The position numbers and the translations under genes were made by a program. From a virus (taxonomy: Duplodnaviria; Caudoviricetes), in the IMG/VR virus record IMGVR_UViG_3300043481_000001, positions 1-52,316 of that record: a stretch of 52,316 nt of DNA; one strand, written 5' to 3'. The stretch's first letter is position 1. The number at the start of each line of letters is the position of its first letter. The notes below the pieces were generated by a model. It saw only the letters and a program-made list of their open reading frames with translations, was not told the origin of the DNA and did not search any database. This document shows positions 16,699 through 26,618 of this stretch, piece by piece.

Positions 16699-18868
16699 CC
16701 GTGCCGAGGGCGCGATCGACAAAGCCCGTCCCCCTGAGCTCAAGCCGATGGGAGCAGAGAAGGCCGAAGAGAGGATCAAACGCGGTCGCGAGCGGCTCAA
16801 GGAAGTCTCCCCCCGCCGCAAGGAGTCCATCGCCTTCGCGAACAACGAACACTACGTCTCGGTCGGAAAACAGGGTCTCGTCCGGCTCGACACCGTGCCG
16901 ATGGCCCAGGGAGGGGGAAAGCCCGACCACCGCGTCCGCCTCTCGAGGGATCTCATCGGGCCTGTCGTCAAGGGCAAGGTCAGCGCCACTACCCAGCGGG
17001 TTCCCGGCTACGAATCAATCGCCACCTCTCCTGACGCCGAGGACTTCACCGCCTCCAAGCTCGCCGAAAAGGTCGCCGTTGCCGGCTACCCGCTCTGGCA
17101 ACTGAAGCGCCACCACAAACGTTGGGTCTGGGAGGCACTGGTTGCAGAAGAAGGCTTCATCCGCCCATTCTGGGACTCGACCGTAGGCCCATTTGTCAAA
17201 GTCGAGAAGGAAGTCCAGGAGGGCGAAGAACCCGAGTACGAACACATCGGCATGGGCGAGGTCGGGGTCCGCGTCTACTCCGGCATGGGTCAAGTCTTCT
17301 GGGAGCCCGGGATCGATTTCGAGCAGTCCCGCTGGATCGGCATAGATGAAGCCCGCCCAGTTGAGGACGTGGAAGCTGAACAGGGTTTCCAGGGGCCAAA
17401 ACTCAACCCCGACGCCGATGCGAGCGATATTCCCAAGGAGCGCAAGGGGTCGAAGCTCGTCATGGTCACTGAGTACCTGGAGCGCCCTTGTGCCCAGTGG
17501 CCCGAAGGACGGAGGTTGATCTTCGCCAACGGCCGAGTGATCTTTCCCGAAGAGGCATACCCCCTGAAGGACGTTGAGGGAAACGTCATAGATGAGCCGT
17601 GTGTCCACCGGCTGAGCTACGACCTCGATGGGTCCTCGGATAGAGGTAAGGGGCTGGTCCGCTCTCTGATTGAGTCGATGCGCCAGTACGACCAGGCGGG
17701 GAACAAGATCCTGGAGTGGGTCCAGCTCACCCTGACGCCGCGGCTCATGGCTGAACAGGGCACGGTTATTACCGAGCCGGATGACACCCCTGGGGGGATA
17801 GATGAATATGAATCCCTGGCAGGCGGGAACAAACCGGAATGGAGTCGCCCCGGCCCAATCCCCCAGGAGCTATTTGAGATCCAGGATCGCTCGCAGAACG
17901 AGATGGGTTTCATCGCCCATTCCAACGACGTTCCGTCTCAGGTCGAATCGGCCAAAGGCATCCAGACCCTCGCTCAAAAGGACGCGCTCGCCTGGCAGGA
18001 CTTCATCGAAGACTTCGCCGAGGGCGCCGGCAAGTTGATGCGGGACATCCTCACCCTTGTCCAGATCCACTACACCGAGGATCGGCTCGTGAAGTTCAGA
18101 GGTCGCACGGGCTGGGAGCAGATCGCGGACTTCAAGGGCGCTGACATTCGAGGCCAGACGGACATGCGCGTCAACCCCTCGACCCTCGAACCGCGGACGC
18201 GCCAGACCAACGAACAGCGGATCATGAACATCGCCAACATGTTCCCCGGCCACTTCGCGCCAGAGGTTTTGATCTCGGCACTCGAAGGCGGCTCGGCTGA
18301 AAAGCTGATCGAGGGCTACGAGGACGACGTTTCCCGCGCCAACCGCGTGATCACCATGATCCGCTCCGGCCAGTTCTGGTCGATGCCCATGCGCCCCGTC
18401 TTCCCTGGCGAGGAGGGTCCGAAAATCGACCCCGAAACGGGCATGCCGGAAATGGTCGAAACCGGGCAAATGGAAACGGTGATGCAGCCCACCGGTCAGG
18501 TCGATCCCGAAACCGGCGAAGAAGTGCAGATGCCCGCCGGTGAACGGCCAGCAATGGAACCGGTCATGGAGACGGAACTGCCGGGCTGGATGCCACGCCC
18601 CTTCGACAATGTGCCCGTCCAGAAGGCCGTCTTCGAGACGTGGATGAAGACCGACGACTGGGCCAATCTCGATGAGGCTTCCCAGCGCGCGTCGATGGAC
18701 GTGTACGACGGGATGCTGAGAATCGAGGAACGGAACGCCCAGCGCGCCGCCCAGATGCAGTCGCAGATGGCTGAAAGCGCAGGGATGCAGAACGCTGCAA
18801 AGCCCACGCAGACCAAGCTCATGCCCTCGTTGCCGGCGCTGGATCAGAGCGCCCCCGAAGGCACCTAG
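16682..18868 (+). CDS. Portal protein (P22-like podovirus type)
   Basis: 728 aa between TerL and scaffold; helical with Q/M-rich C-terminal tail. Confidence 0.85.
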   Translation: MATLTDRAEGAIDKARPPELKPMGAEKAEERIKRGRERLKEVSPRRKESIAFANNEHYVSVGKQGLVRLDTVPMAQGGGKPDHRVRLSRDLIGPVVKGKVSATTQRVPGYESIATSPDAEDFTASKLAEKVAVAGYPLWQLKRHHKRWVWEALVAEEGFIRPFWDSTVGPFVKVEKEVQEGEEPEYEHIGMGEVGVRVYSGMGQVFWEPGIDFEQSRWIGIDEARPVEDVEAEQGFQGPKLNPDADASDIPKERKGSKLVMVTEYLERPCAQWPEGRRLIFANGRVIFPEEAYPLKDVEGNVIDEPCVHRLSYDLDGSSDRGKGLVRSLIESMRQYDQAGNKILEWVQLTLTPRLMAEQGTVITEPDDTPGGIDEYESLAGGNKPEWSRPGPIPQELFEIQDRSQNEMGFIAHSNDVPSQVESAKGIQTLAQKDALAWQDFIEDFAEGAGKLMRDILTLVQIHYTEDRLVKFRGRTGWEQIADFKGADIRGQTDMRVNPSTLEPRTRQTNEQRIMNIANMFPGHFAPEVLISALEGGSAEKLIEGYEDDVSRANRVITMIRSGQFWSMPMRPVFPGEEGPKIDPETGMPEMVETGQMETVMQPTGQVDPETGEEVQMPAGERPAMEPVMETELPGWMPRPFDNVPVQKAVFETWMKTDDWANLDEASQRASMDVYDGMLRIEERNAQRAAQMQSQMAESAGMQNAAKPTQTKLMPSLPALDQSAPEGT

Positions 18869-18878
18869 AACTTACCCA

Positions 18879-18934
18879 GCGGACCAGGCCGAAAGGCCCC
18901 CGTTCAACTGCGGACCAGCCGTACGCGGCCCCGC
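18879..18934 (+). promoter_or_regulatory. Tandem RNA hairpins in the scaffold gene leader
   Basis: GCGG-ACCA-GGCC-GAAA-GGCC-C-CCGT and GCGG-ACCA-GCCG-TACG-CGGC-C-CCGC. Confidence 0.7.
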
Positions 18935-18954
18935 CATAACCAAGGAGTAACGCA

Positions 18955-19749
18955 ATGGCAGACGCCATAGAGGCCCCTGCGGAGCAGGATCAGCCCACCA
19001 GCGCCCCCGAGGCCCCGGAGACGGATCAGCCCACCGGAGGCGAGGAGTCGTTTACCGATTCCTATAACCCCAGTGAGTTGCCGGACGAGGTTCGGCCGCA
19101 CGTTGAAGCTGCCTACAAACAGCTTCAGTCGGCTTATACCTCGAAAACGCAGTCGCTCGCTGAGGAACGCCGAGAGGCAGAGCAGGCGCAGCAGATCATC
19201 GCTGCGTTGAAAAACCCCCAGGTAGCCCCCGCAGTCCTGGCACAGCTCGGATACGACGAGCGCAAAATGCTGGAGCTGTACGGGTACCAGCCGGGCGAAG
19301 AGGAGTCTGATGAGTTCGCCGATCCCGATGAGCGGATCGCACGTCTCGAGCAGACCCTTGCCCAGCAACAGCAGGCCGAGCAGGCACAGCGTCAGGAGTC
19401 CGCAGTAACGGACTACATCGCCGGAGAAATCGAGGCCCTAGAGAAGAAGCTGGGCCGCGAATTCGATGAAGGCGAGCAGAAAGTCCTCGACGCCTACGCT
19501 CGGCAGTTCGCGAAGCAGACCCCAGACGGACGGCTTGTGCCGGACGTAGAGGGAGCCGGCCAGCTCCTTTCAGGGATTCTCTCTTCGCACGAGAAGGCGC
19601 TGCTTGACCCCAAGCGGAAAGCCCCTCGCGTACCTGGGAATGGTGGCTCTGGCTCACGGACGGTTGACCTGTCCACGGAGACCAAAGAGGAACGAGTTGC
19701 TCGCATGGCCGAAGCGGCCGATGCGGCGATTGCCTCTACGGCTCAATAG
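18955..19749 (+). CDS. Capsid scaffolding protein
   Basis: Acidic N-terminus, YKQLQSAYTSKTQSLAEERR coiled coil; between portal and capsid. Confidence 0.8.
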   Translation: MADAIEAPAEQDQPTSAPEAPETDQPTGGEESFTDSYNPSELPDEVRPHVEAAYKQLQSAYTSKTQSLAEERREAEQAQQIIAALKNPQVAPAVLAQLGYDERKMLELYGYQPGEEESDEFADPDERIARLEQTLAQQQQAEQAQRQESAVTDYIAGEIEALEKKLGREFDEGEQKVLDAYARQFAKQTPDGRLVPDVEGAGQLLSGILSSHEKALLDPKRKAPRVPGNGGSGSRTVDLSTETKEERVARMAEAADAAIASTAQ

Positions 19750-19767
19750 CCAAAAGGAGAGCACGTC

Positions 19768-21000
19768 ATGGCGGCAGCCGACGTACTCGTTTACGAAGCA
19801 GTTCTGAAAGAGGGCTGGACCCAGGACAACCTGGAGACCCAGTTCATGAAAGACGACCCGCTGCTCGAGCTTCTTCCGGTGAAAAGCCCGGATGACATGT
19901 TCGGGGAGTACGCCCTGACGCCCGTTCACACCGGACGCGCGGGCGGGTTCACGATGGTCCCCTCTACCGGATCGCGTGAACTCAACGAAGCAGATAGCCA
20001 GAAGACGGCTCAGGCGAAATGGAAACTGAAGCGCGCCTGGAACTCCATCGAACTCGACACGGCGGTGCTCAAGCAGACCGCCAACAAGCGGGTTGCCGCG
20101 GCCAACGCTGCGGACACTGAGGTCGAAGGCAAGTTGTCTGACACCCGCAAGCAGATTACCCGTCAGTTGTTCCTCGACCAGACGGGCCTCATCTGTGGCC
20201 TGAAAGCCAACTCGACCACCAAAACCCTGAAACTCGCCACCACGGGGGAATACGGGTTGGGCGTCGAGGCGACCCGTCAGGGCTGGCTCGTAGAGGGCCA
20301 GCAGATCGACATTGGCACGACCTCTTCGGAGGCGACCATCGCCGATGGCGTGACGATCACCGCGGTCAACGAAAGCGAAACGGAACCGACGATCACGATC
20401 TCGGGCTCCAACGTCTCGACCGAAACCACGCACTACGTCTCGATTCGCAACGGCCGTGCCGGCACCACTTCCTACGACCTCAACGGTCTGCGGAACATTG
20501 CCAGCAAAACGTCGGTCCTCGGGGAAATCAACCCGACGACTGAGCCAGGCTGGGTGGCTGCGTTCGTGGACACCGAAGGCGGCGCACTGACCCGCGGCAG
20601 GGTCGTTGCCGGGCGTCGGAAAGTTCGCCAGCGTGGCGAGCGTCCCGATATCGCCCTGACCTCGCTCAAGCAGGTCGAAGTCCTCGAAAACGAGACCTAC
20701 CCTCAGGTTCGTTTCGATAGCCCCGACAAGCAGAACACGGGCGATGGGGAGTCGATCATGATCGGCAACCTGAAGATCCTCGCCCACGAGGACTGCCCCG
20801 ATGGGGACTTCACCTACGCGAAGAAGTCGCACCTGTCGCTGATCCGCGACGAGAAGCCCTACTGGGCAACTGAGCGTTACGGCTCGGGCATTCTCCAGTA
20901 CATCCCGAAAACGACCTTCGTCTACGGGTCGCTGGAGTGGTTCCTGGAGCTGATGACGAACAAACGCATCGCCATCGGTCAGTTCCGCCAGCTCGCCTAA
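19768..21000 (+). CDS. Major capsid protein
   Basis: 410 aa after the scaffold, AAAGGAG SD, followed by a terminator; DLNGLRNI motif. Confidence 0.85.
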   Translation: MAAADVLVYEAVLKEGWTQDNLETQFMKDDPLLELLPVKSPDDMFGEYALTPVHTGRAGGFTMVPSTGSRELNEADSQKTAQAKWKLKRAWNSIELDTAVLKQTANKRVAAANAADTEVEGKLSDTRKQITRQLFLDQTGLICGLKANSTTKTLKLATTGEYGLGVEATRQGWLVEGQQIDIGTTSSEATIADGVTITAVNESETEPTITISGSNVSTETTHYVSIRNGRAGTTSYDLNGLRNIASKTSVLGEINPTTEPGWVAAFVDTEGGALTRGRVVAGRRKVRQRGERPDIALTSLKQVEVLENETYPQVRFDSPDKQNTGDGESIMIGNLKILAHEDCPDGDFTYAKKSHLSLIRDEKPYWATERYGSGILQYIPKTTFVYGSLEWFLELMTNKRIAIGQFRQLA

Positions 21001-21004
21001 AGCC

Positions 21005-21037
21005 AAGCCCGCCTCGGAGAAATCTGGGGCGGGCTTT
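21005..21037 (+). terminator. Intrinsic terminator after the capsid gene
   Basis: AAGCCCGCCTCGGA-GAAA-TCTGGGGCGGGCTT-T. Confidence 0.8.
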
Positions 21038-21066
21038 CGCTTGTTCTCTCAACGAAAGGACTTCCT

Positions 21067-21390
21067 GTGTCTGTCACCGCCTCACGCGCCCAGACGGGCC
21101 GCCCGATGGGCAGCGACTACTACTCGATCACGAACGTCACGCTCGACAGCTCCTATGCGTCGGAAGGCGAGGCTCTGACCGCCAAAGATCTGGGTCTGCG
21201 TCGGATCACGTTCGCGATCTGCAATGTCACCGCCGGATCTGAATCGGCCACTCTGCGCCCGGCCAACGCCTACTACACGCCGGCCACCGAAAAGCTCCAT
21301 CTCATCGACTCGGCTACGGGCAAAGAGATGGAAGCGACCAAAGACATGTCGAAAGTGACCGTTCAGGTCATCGCCTTCGGTAAACCCTAA
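21067..21390 (+). CDS. Putative minor capsid/decoration protein
   Basis: GAAAGGA SD; TLDSSYASEGE..LGL..VIAFG. Confidence 0.7.
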   Translation: MSVTASRAQTGRPMGSDYYSITNVTLDSSYASEGEALTAKDLGLRRITFAICNVTAGSESATLRPANAYYTPATEKLHLIDSATGKEMEATKDMSKVTVQVIAFGKP

Positions 21391-21869
21391 TGCCGTTGAT
21401 CCTCCCCGAGTCCGTCGCATACGCGGAGATCAACGCCGCGATGGAGTCCCAGGCTTCCGAGCAGGAAGGCTTGGCTCGTCGCTGGACCCAGGAGCTAAAA
21501 CGGATCGACCCGACCCTGAGTGTCGAGTGGGTACCCGAGCAGGCCGACGAGTTCGACTACCCGGCGCGTTGGCACGTCCGCAAACGCATCCCTGGATCGG
21601 TGGACGAGTGGTTCCCGCTCGTAGGCCCGCAGGGGCAGTACAGAGAGCCTGGCGCCTGGATTCTCGATGAGTTCCAGGCCAACGACCTCTGGAACCCCCG
21701 CGTGCATCGGTCTAAGCAGGAAGCCAAGGAGAAGCTGCGAGAGACGAAGGCTCGAGCCAAGAAGCTCGCATCCGAGCAGCGTGTCGATGAAATGGCCCTT
21801 GCCCACAGGGCGGCGATGCGGGTCAAGGGGGACGGTGGCATGACCAGGCGGATGGATCGAAAACGATGA
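21390..21869 (+). CDS. Hypothetical virion-module protein
   Basis: TAATG and ATGA coupling. Confidence 0.75.
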   Translation: MPLILPESVAYAEINAAMESQASEQEGLARRWTQELKRIDPTLSVEWVPEQADEFDYPARWHVRKRIPGSVDEWFPLVGPQGQYREPGAWILDEFQANDLWNPRVHRSKQEAKEKLRETKARAKKLASEQRVDEMALAHRAAMRVKGDGGMTRRMDRKR

Positions 21870-23776
21870 GCCGAGTAGCCCTCAGCGAACTCGTCTTCAA
21901 GAACACCTCCCCCTTGTCAGTGGATAGGGGTGCGACGGTCTACGTCTATGAGCGCGGTACCGAAACTCAGGCGACCCTCTACGCGGCTGAAACGGGAGGA
22001 ACCACCCTCGCTCAACCGCTCACAACCGACACGGGCGGGAGGCCGGAGAAGAACGGGACGACGCCTTGGGTAGAACCCGGCTCCTATGACCTGAAAGTCG
22101 ATGGGACTACGGCGCCTTGGGAGGCTGCAAGCGGGAGAGCGGATCAGACTTTCGTGGACTCACGCGAGTTCTCAGCACTCGATCCCACGGGCGAGACCGA
22201 GTGCTCTGCCGTCTTTGAGGAAGCCGCAGCACAGGCCGCTGCAGAGGAACGTCGCCTACACCTCGCCGCAGGCGACTACATGCTCGAAGGCGTCACCTTG
22301 AAATCGAACCTGCACCTACAGGGGGCACCGGGAGGGAAAACCCGGCTCATCTTCCCAATCGACGTAGTCGGGGGAATCATGGGGACCGGGACGAGCGGGA
22401 ACGTCGCTGAAGACATCGTTCTTGAAGACATCCTCTTTGACGGCCAGCAGCAGCAGCGCGCGGTCTCGATGGGGAACGCCCTGCTCAAGTCCTACAACGC
22501 GAGGCGCTGGCAGATACGCCGCTGCGGGTTCATCAATGGCACCTCCTACGGGCTGGGTATCGAGGGCTACCCCGGAGAGGAAGACCCGAACAAGCGCGGC
22601 CCGCAGGAGGACATCGTGATCGAATCCTGCTACTTCCACGACAACGGCTATATGGGTGGAACCGTTGGGGTGCCGCACACGGGCACCAGCAACTCAGCCG
22701 ACAACATCGACATCAAGTCCTCGAGCAGGGTTCTGATCAAGAACATCTACTCAACGGGCTCCAGCGACAAGGGACTCAACACCCGATGCAAGTCCTTGGT
22801 GGTCATCAACCCCGTGCTGGAAGACAACGCTATCGGTGCCGACTTCAACGCCCACCGGCCGGGTCCGGGGGAATTGACGAACGGCCCCGCAAACGACTCT
22901 CGCGTCACCGTCGTCGGCGGGTTCTCCAAAGACAACATCGGGACGGGAGCGGCCGTGACCTCCACCACCGGCCAGTCCGATACCCACGCGACCTTCATTG
23001 GCTTCGAGACCGAAGGCAATGGCGGGAATGGCATCGGGACCACTAAACCGCCTGAAGGAGGGAGCATCTACCTTTACGTCTTCGGGGGGAGCCATATTGA
23101 AAACGGCAGCCACGGGGTCTCTGGCCTTGGCTGCCGGGAGCTTGTGTGTCACGGGGTGCGCGCCGACGGCAATGGTCTCAACGGGTTCCTCGCGGAAGAA
23201 AGCCCCAGCCACCGCTTTCTCGGCTGCAAGGCGAACGCCAACAAAGGCGAGGCGGGGTTCCGCTCCAAAAGCTCCGAACGGGGGATCATGGACGACAACT
23301 CCTCGGTCGAAAATGTGCGCGGCTTCTACGCGACGAATCTCATCGGTGGGTCGATCTCCCACAACAGCGCTAAGAAAAACGCGGGCACCGGGATCGTCAC
23401 GGACGGCACCTCCGACGAATACTCCGCCGTCCACAACCACCTCAGCGAAAACGGAACCCCGATGACTCTCGCTGGCGCGAAGGCGATCGGCGCTCCTAAC
23501 AACGGGGCACCGGGCTCGATAGCCACCCTCGCCTCAGCCGAAGAAGTCACCCTCCCGGTCCACGCGGACCTGATCCAGATAACGGGCACCGCGGAAGTCA
23601 AAAAAATCAAAGAAGGACGGCTCGGGCGACAGGTCGTCATTACCTTCAACTCCACGGCGAAACTCGTTGATGGGAGCAACCTGCTCCTAGCCAGCACGGC
23701 TAGCGGGACGACCACGGCGATCACCCTTATGGCCACGGGCGCCAACTGGCAGGAGATCGGAAGGGCCACGAGCTAA
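21866..23776 (+). CDS. Tailspike with right-handed beta-helix (pectate-lyase-like) depolymerase domain
   Basis: N-terminal attachment module (VYERGT..ATLY..PLTTD..G); DPTGETEC..F..A; many N/G ladder repeats. Confidence 0.8.
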   Translation: MSRVALSELVFKNTSPLSVDRGATVYVYERGTETQATLYAAETGGTTLAQPLTTDTGGRPEKNGTTPWVEPGSYDLKVDGTTAPWEAASGRADQTFVDSREFSALDPTGETECSAVFEEAAAQAAAEERRLHLAAGDYMLEGVTLKSNLHLQGAPGGKTRLIFPIDVVGGIMGTGTSGNVAEDIVLEDILFDGQQQQRAVSMGNALLKSYNARRWQIRRCGFINGTSYGLGIEGYPGEEDPNKRGPQEDIVIESCYFHDNGYMGGTVGVPHTGTSNSADNIDIKSSSRVLIKNIYSTGSSDKGLNTRCKSLVVINPVLEDNAIGADFNAHRPGPGELTNGPANDSRVTVVGGFSKDNIGTGAAVTSTTGQSDTHATFIGFETEGNGGNGIGTTKPPEGGSIYLYVFGGSHIENGSHGVSGLGCRELVCHGVRADGNGLNGFLAEESPSHRFLGCKANANKGEAGFRSKSSERGIMDDNSSVENVRGFYATNLIGGSISHNSAKKNAGTGIVTDGTSDEYSAVHNHLSENGTPMTLAGAKAIGAPNNGAPGSIATLASAEEVTLPVHADLIQITGTAEVKKIKEGRLGRQVVITFNSTAKLVDGSNLLLASTASGTTTAITLMATGANWQEIGRATS

Positions 23777-24429
23777 TGCCGATCATCATCGAAACCTCTG
23801 GTGCAGGGGCGACCTTTGGAGAACTCCTCGATGAGGTCTTTGAACGAGGCTTTGACGATCTCCGCGACAGCGGGGTTCAGGAAGCGCGTGTAAGGCGTTG
23901 GGTCAATCAGGCATATCGCGAAGTCATCGACGCAGCTCCTTGGCCCTTTCTCGAAACGACCATCGAAGGGACCGCGCCCCTGGAAGTCTCAGACCTCGGC
24001 CACGTCAAGCAGGTAGCGATTGCGGCTACCGACACGGCGATCCCATTCATTTCCCGCGCACAGGTCGCGCAGTGGGACCCAGCTTCCGACGACACGGGGT
24101 CGGCTGAGAAGTGGTTCCTCGAAGGCGAAGGAACGATTAATACCTACCCCTTGGACACCACCTCGACTCTGAGGGTTCGCTACGTCAAGGTGCCCGCAGA
24201 TCTAGCTACCAGCGAAGACCGCTCTGTAGTCCCGGCCCAGTACGCGGAGGCCATCGTGGCCGGCGCCGTCAACCGCTGCCTGCGCAACCGCAACAACTAC
24301 GAAGCGGCAGCAGAAGAACGCCAGGAAATGGATCGCATCGTGACCAAGATGCGCCACTCGCTACTGCGCCCCAACTACGACGCCAACAAGTCGATCATCC
24401 GCACGGGCCTCCCCGGCGACTACCTCTGA
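23776..24429 (+). CDS. Head-tail adaptor protein
   Basis: TFGELLDEV..WVNQAYRE..WPFLE..YP..LRVRY..P..YAEAIVAGA. Confidence 0.75.
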   Translation: MPIIIETSGAGATFGELLDEVFERGFDDLRDSGVQEARVRRWVNQAYREVIDAAPWPFLETTIEGTAPLEVSDLGHVKQVAIAATDTAIPFISRAQVAQWDPASDDTGSAEKWFLEGEGTINTYPLDTTSTLRVRYVKVPADLATSEDRSVVPAQYAEAIVAGAVNRCLRNRNNYEAAAEERQEMDRIVTKMRHSLLRPNYDANKSIIRTGLPGDYL

Positions 24430-26489
24430 TGCCTCAATCCCCGGTCACCTTTCCGACCTTCGGCGGCCTTCGACTCGATCTCGCGCTAGACGAAGCGGGG
24501 GCTGATAACGCCATCTACCTCCGCGACGTGGACTGGGATGGGTCCACTGGGAAACTCCGCTCGCGCGACGGCTTTCAGAAGCTCAAAGCAGCGGACGCCT
24601 CAGGCCCTTACAAGGGTCTGTTCGCCCACTCCAGCACTCGTCTTCTGGCGACGAAACGGGTCGGCAGCGAAGTCAAGATCGTCGCCGTCGATCGCGAAGG
24701 GGCGGAGAAAGTCGAAGCCGCCTGGACCTCTACGGCGGCCAAATCTTGCTTTACCCGCTACGGAATTCCCTCGGCCTCTTACACCTACGGGCGAGCCGCG
24801 GCCTCGGGCCACAAAGTCGTCCGCTTCGATGGGACCAACTTCACCGAACCGACCGCGAAAGTCGGCGCTGAAGCGGGCAAAGAAATGCCCCGTGGGGCGA
24901 TCATGCTCACCTGGCCCGATGCTGGCAACGTCCTCGTCACGGCCAACACCGCGGCCGAAGGCGGTCCCAACAAACTCGCCTCTTCCAACTCGCATGTCTG
25001 GTTCTCGATGCCAGCGTCGGCGGAGGAATACGAAACGACGGCCTACGTTCAGCTAAGCCCCGGGGACGGAGAGGAAATCGTCGCCGGGGCGGTTTTTGGC
25101 GGCCAGGTCTTCCTCTTCAAGGAGACCAAGTTCTTCGTCTTCTCGGTCCCCGGGACGGACGAAGAAGGCAAACCGATCTATGGAAGTGCCTTCCGCGAAG
25201 TGACGCTGGGGGAGGGGTCGCGAATGAAGAGGGCCTCTGCCGAAGCTCTCGCCGAGACTTCCGATCAGCTCGCGACCGCTACCGCGGATGGCGTCTACTT
25301 CTGCACGACGGACGGGATCTACTGGACGACTGGCGGCCAGCCGACCAAGATCTCTCAGGCACTGACTCCACTCGAGGAGACCACGCCATTCGATGGTCCA
25401 ATGGCCGACTTCCTCAACGGCTCCACCGAAACCTTCCGCTGGCCCGCTGCGGGCATCGTTTCCATCGGCCGGCGCCTGATCGTCAAGCGCTACGAATTCC
25501 TCTTCATCTACGACATCCCGACCGATGCTTGGACCTGCTGGAAGATGCCAACGGTCTCCCTAGCGGTTTGGACGGGGCTGACTGGCGGGGGAAGCGAAGT
25601 CAGCGAAAAACCGCCCGGGACCGTGACGAACGACGCGACCTTAGGAACGGTCGAATGGGTCAACACCCCCAACGCCAAAGCACAAGACGGGTCTTACGCA
25701 ACCGCCGCTTTGCCTGTTTCCGCTCAGAGTAAGTACCTGAAGGCGACGAACTTCGGCTTTGAAATACCCGCTGAAGCCACGATCCTCGGCATCGCAGTCT
25801 CTCCCAGGAGAAAGAGAACTGGGAACGGGGTGATTGAGACCCTCCACCTTGTAAAGGGCGGCGCGATTCAGGCTTACTCGCGGGGGAGCTTTCCTGAAGT
25901 CTGGTCAACCCTAGTCGGGACGAAAACCTACGGCGGTAATGGGGACCTCTGGGAAAACACTTGGGTCCCGGCCGACTTCGGGGCCAACTTCGGCGTCGTC
26001 CTTCTCGCGGAATGGTATCCGCTTAGCGGAGAAGTCGAAGCCGCAAAAGCGGAACTAGACGCGATCAAGATTTCCATCTTCTTCTCACTGCCTGAGGTTT
26101 CCGGCGGCGTTCGTCCGCGCCTCTTCGTCACGTCGGCGAAAGCGGTGTTCTGGACCGGGACGAACGCCGAAGAACAGGCCGGTACCCGCGACCCCGCATA
26201 TGAATGCGGCTTCTACGACCTCGACTCCGACGATGAGAAGGATCTCGTGACGATGAAGGTCTGGGGGTCCGGGACGGTTGATGTGGCGGTCGCCAAAGAC
26301 TTCGGTGAACCGGGGAAACCGACCACCGTTGAACTGGGCGACGCGCCCGAAATCATCGCCAAGGAGTTCAACAAGTCGGCCACCGGCACGGTCCACAGCC
26401 ACCGGATCTCCGGCGATGCCCCTTGGTCGATCCAGCGCCTTACCCGCTGGCTCCGCGAGGGCCGAGCCGCAACTACGAAGACGCGATAA
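24429..26489 (+). CDS. Tail nozzle/DNA stabilisation protein (P22 gp10-like beta-propeller)
   Basis: F.GGL..NAIYLRDVD..GKLRSRDG; HVWFS..GDGEEIV..LFKE; follows the adaptor. Confidence 0.75.
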   Translation: MPQSPVTFPTFGGLRLDLALDEAGADNAIYLRDVDWDGSTGKLRSRDGFQKLKAADASGPYKGLFAHSSTRLLATKRVGSEVKIVAVDREGAEKVEAAWTSTAAKSCFTRYGIPSASYTYGRAAASGHKVVRFDGTNFTEPTAKVGAEAGKEMPRGAIMLTWPDAGNVLVTANTAAEGGPNKLASSNSHVWFSMPASAEEYETTAYVQLSPGDGEEIVAGAVFGGQVFLFKETKFFVFSVPGTDEEGKPIYGSAFREVTLGEGSRMKRASAEALAETSDQLATATADGVYFCTTDGIYWTTGGQPTKISQALTPLEETTPFDGPMADFLNGSTETFRWPAAGIVSIGRRLIVKRYEFLFIYDIPTDAWTCWKMPTVSLAVWTGLTGGGSEVSEKPPGTVTNDATLGTVEWVNTPNAKAQDGSYATAALPVSAQSKYLKATNFGFEIPAEATILGIAVSPRRKRTGNGVIETLHLVKGGAIQAYSRGSFPEVWSTLVGTKTYGGNGDLWENTWVPADFGANFGVVLLAEWYPLSGEVEAAKAELDAIKISIFFSLPEVSGGVRPRLFVTSAKAVFWTGTNAEEQAGTRDPAYECGFYDLDSDDEKDLVTMKVWGSGTVDVAVAKDFGEPGKPTTVELGDAPEIIAKEFNKSATGTVHSHRISGDAPWSIQRLTRWLREGRAATTKTR

Positions 26490-26498
26490 GGAGCCTCT

Positions 26499-26618
26499 GT
26501 GTCCCTGAACCTGCCATACCCCAACATTGCTTTTCCCCCAGGCGCACAGCCGACCCCTGCCGAGATAGTCGAGTGGTCGCGCAAGCTCCAGGCGAACTTC
26601 GAGGCTCTGGCGAAATAG
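26499..26618 (+). CDS. 39-aa tail-module protein (not in ORF track)
   Basis: TAAGGAG SD, GTG; MSLNLPYPNIAFPPGAQPTPAEIVEWSRKLQANFEALAK; stop abuts the next ATG. Confidence 0.7.
   Translation: MSLNLPYPNIAFPPGAQPTPAEIVEWSRKLQANFEALAK

Noticed and set aside
19654-21006. Long minus-strand ORFs opposite structural, integrase and host genes (also 26085..27755, 41799..42830, 43822..45396, 47843..49423)
   Set aside because: Typical antisense shadow ORFs of high-GC coding DNA; no motifs
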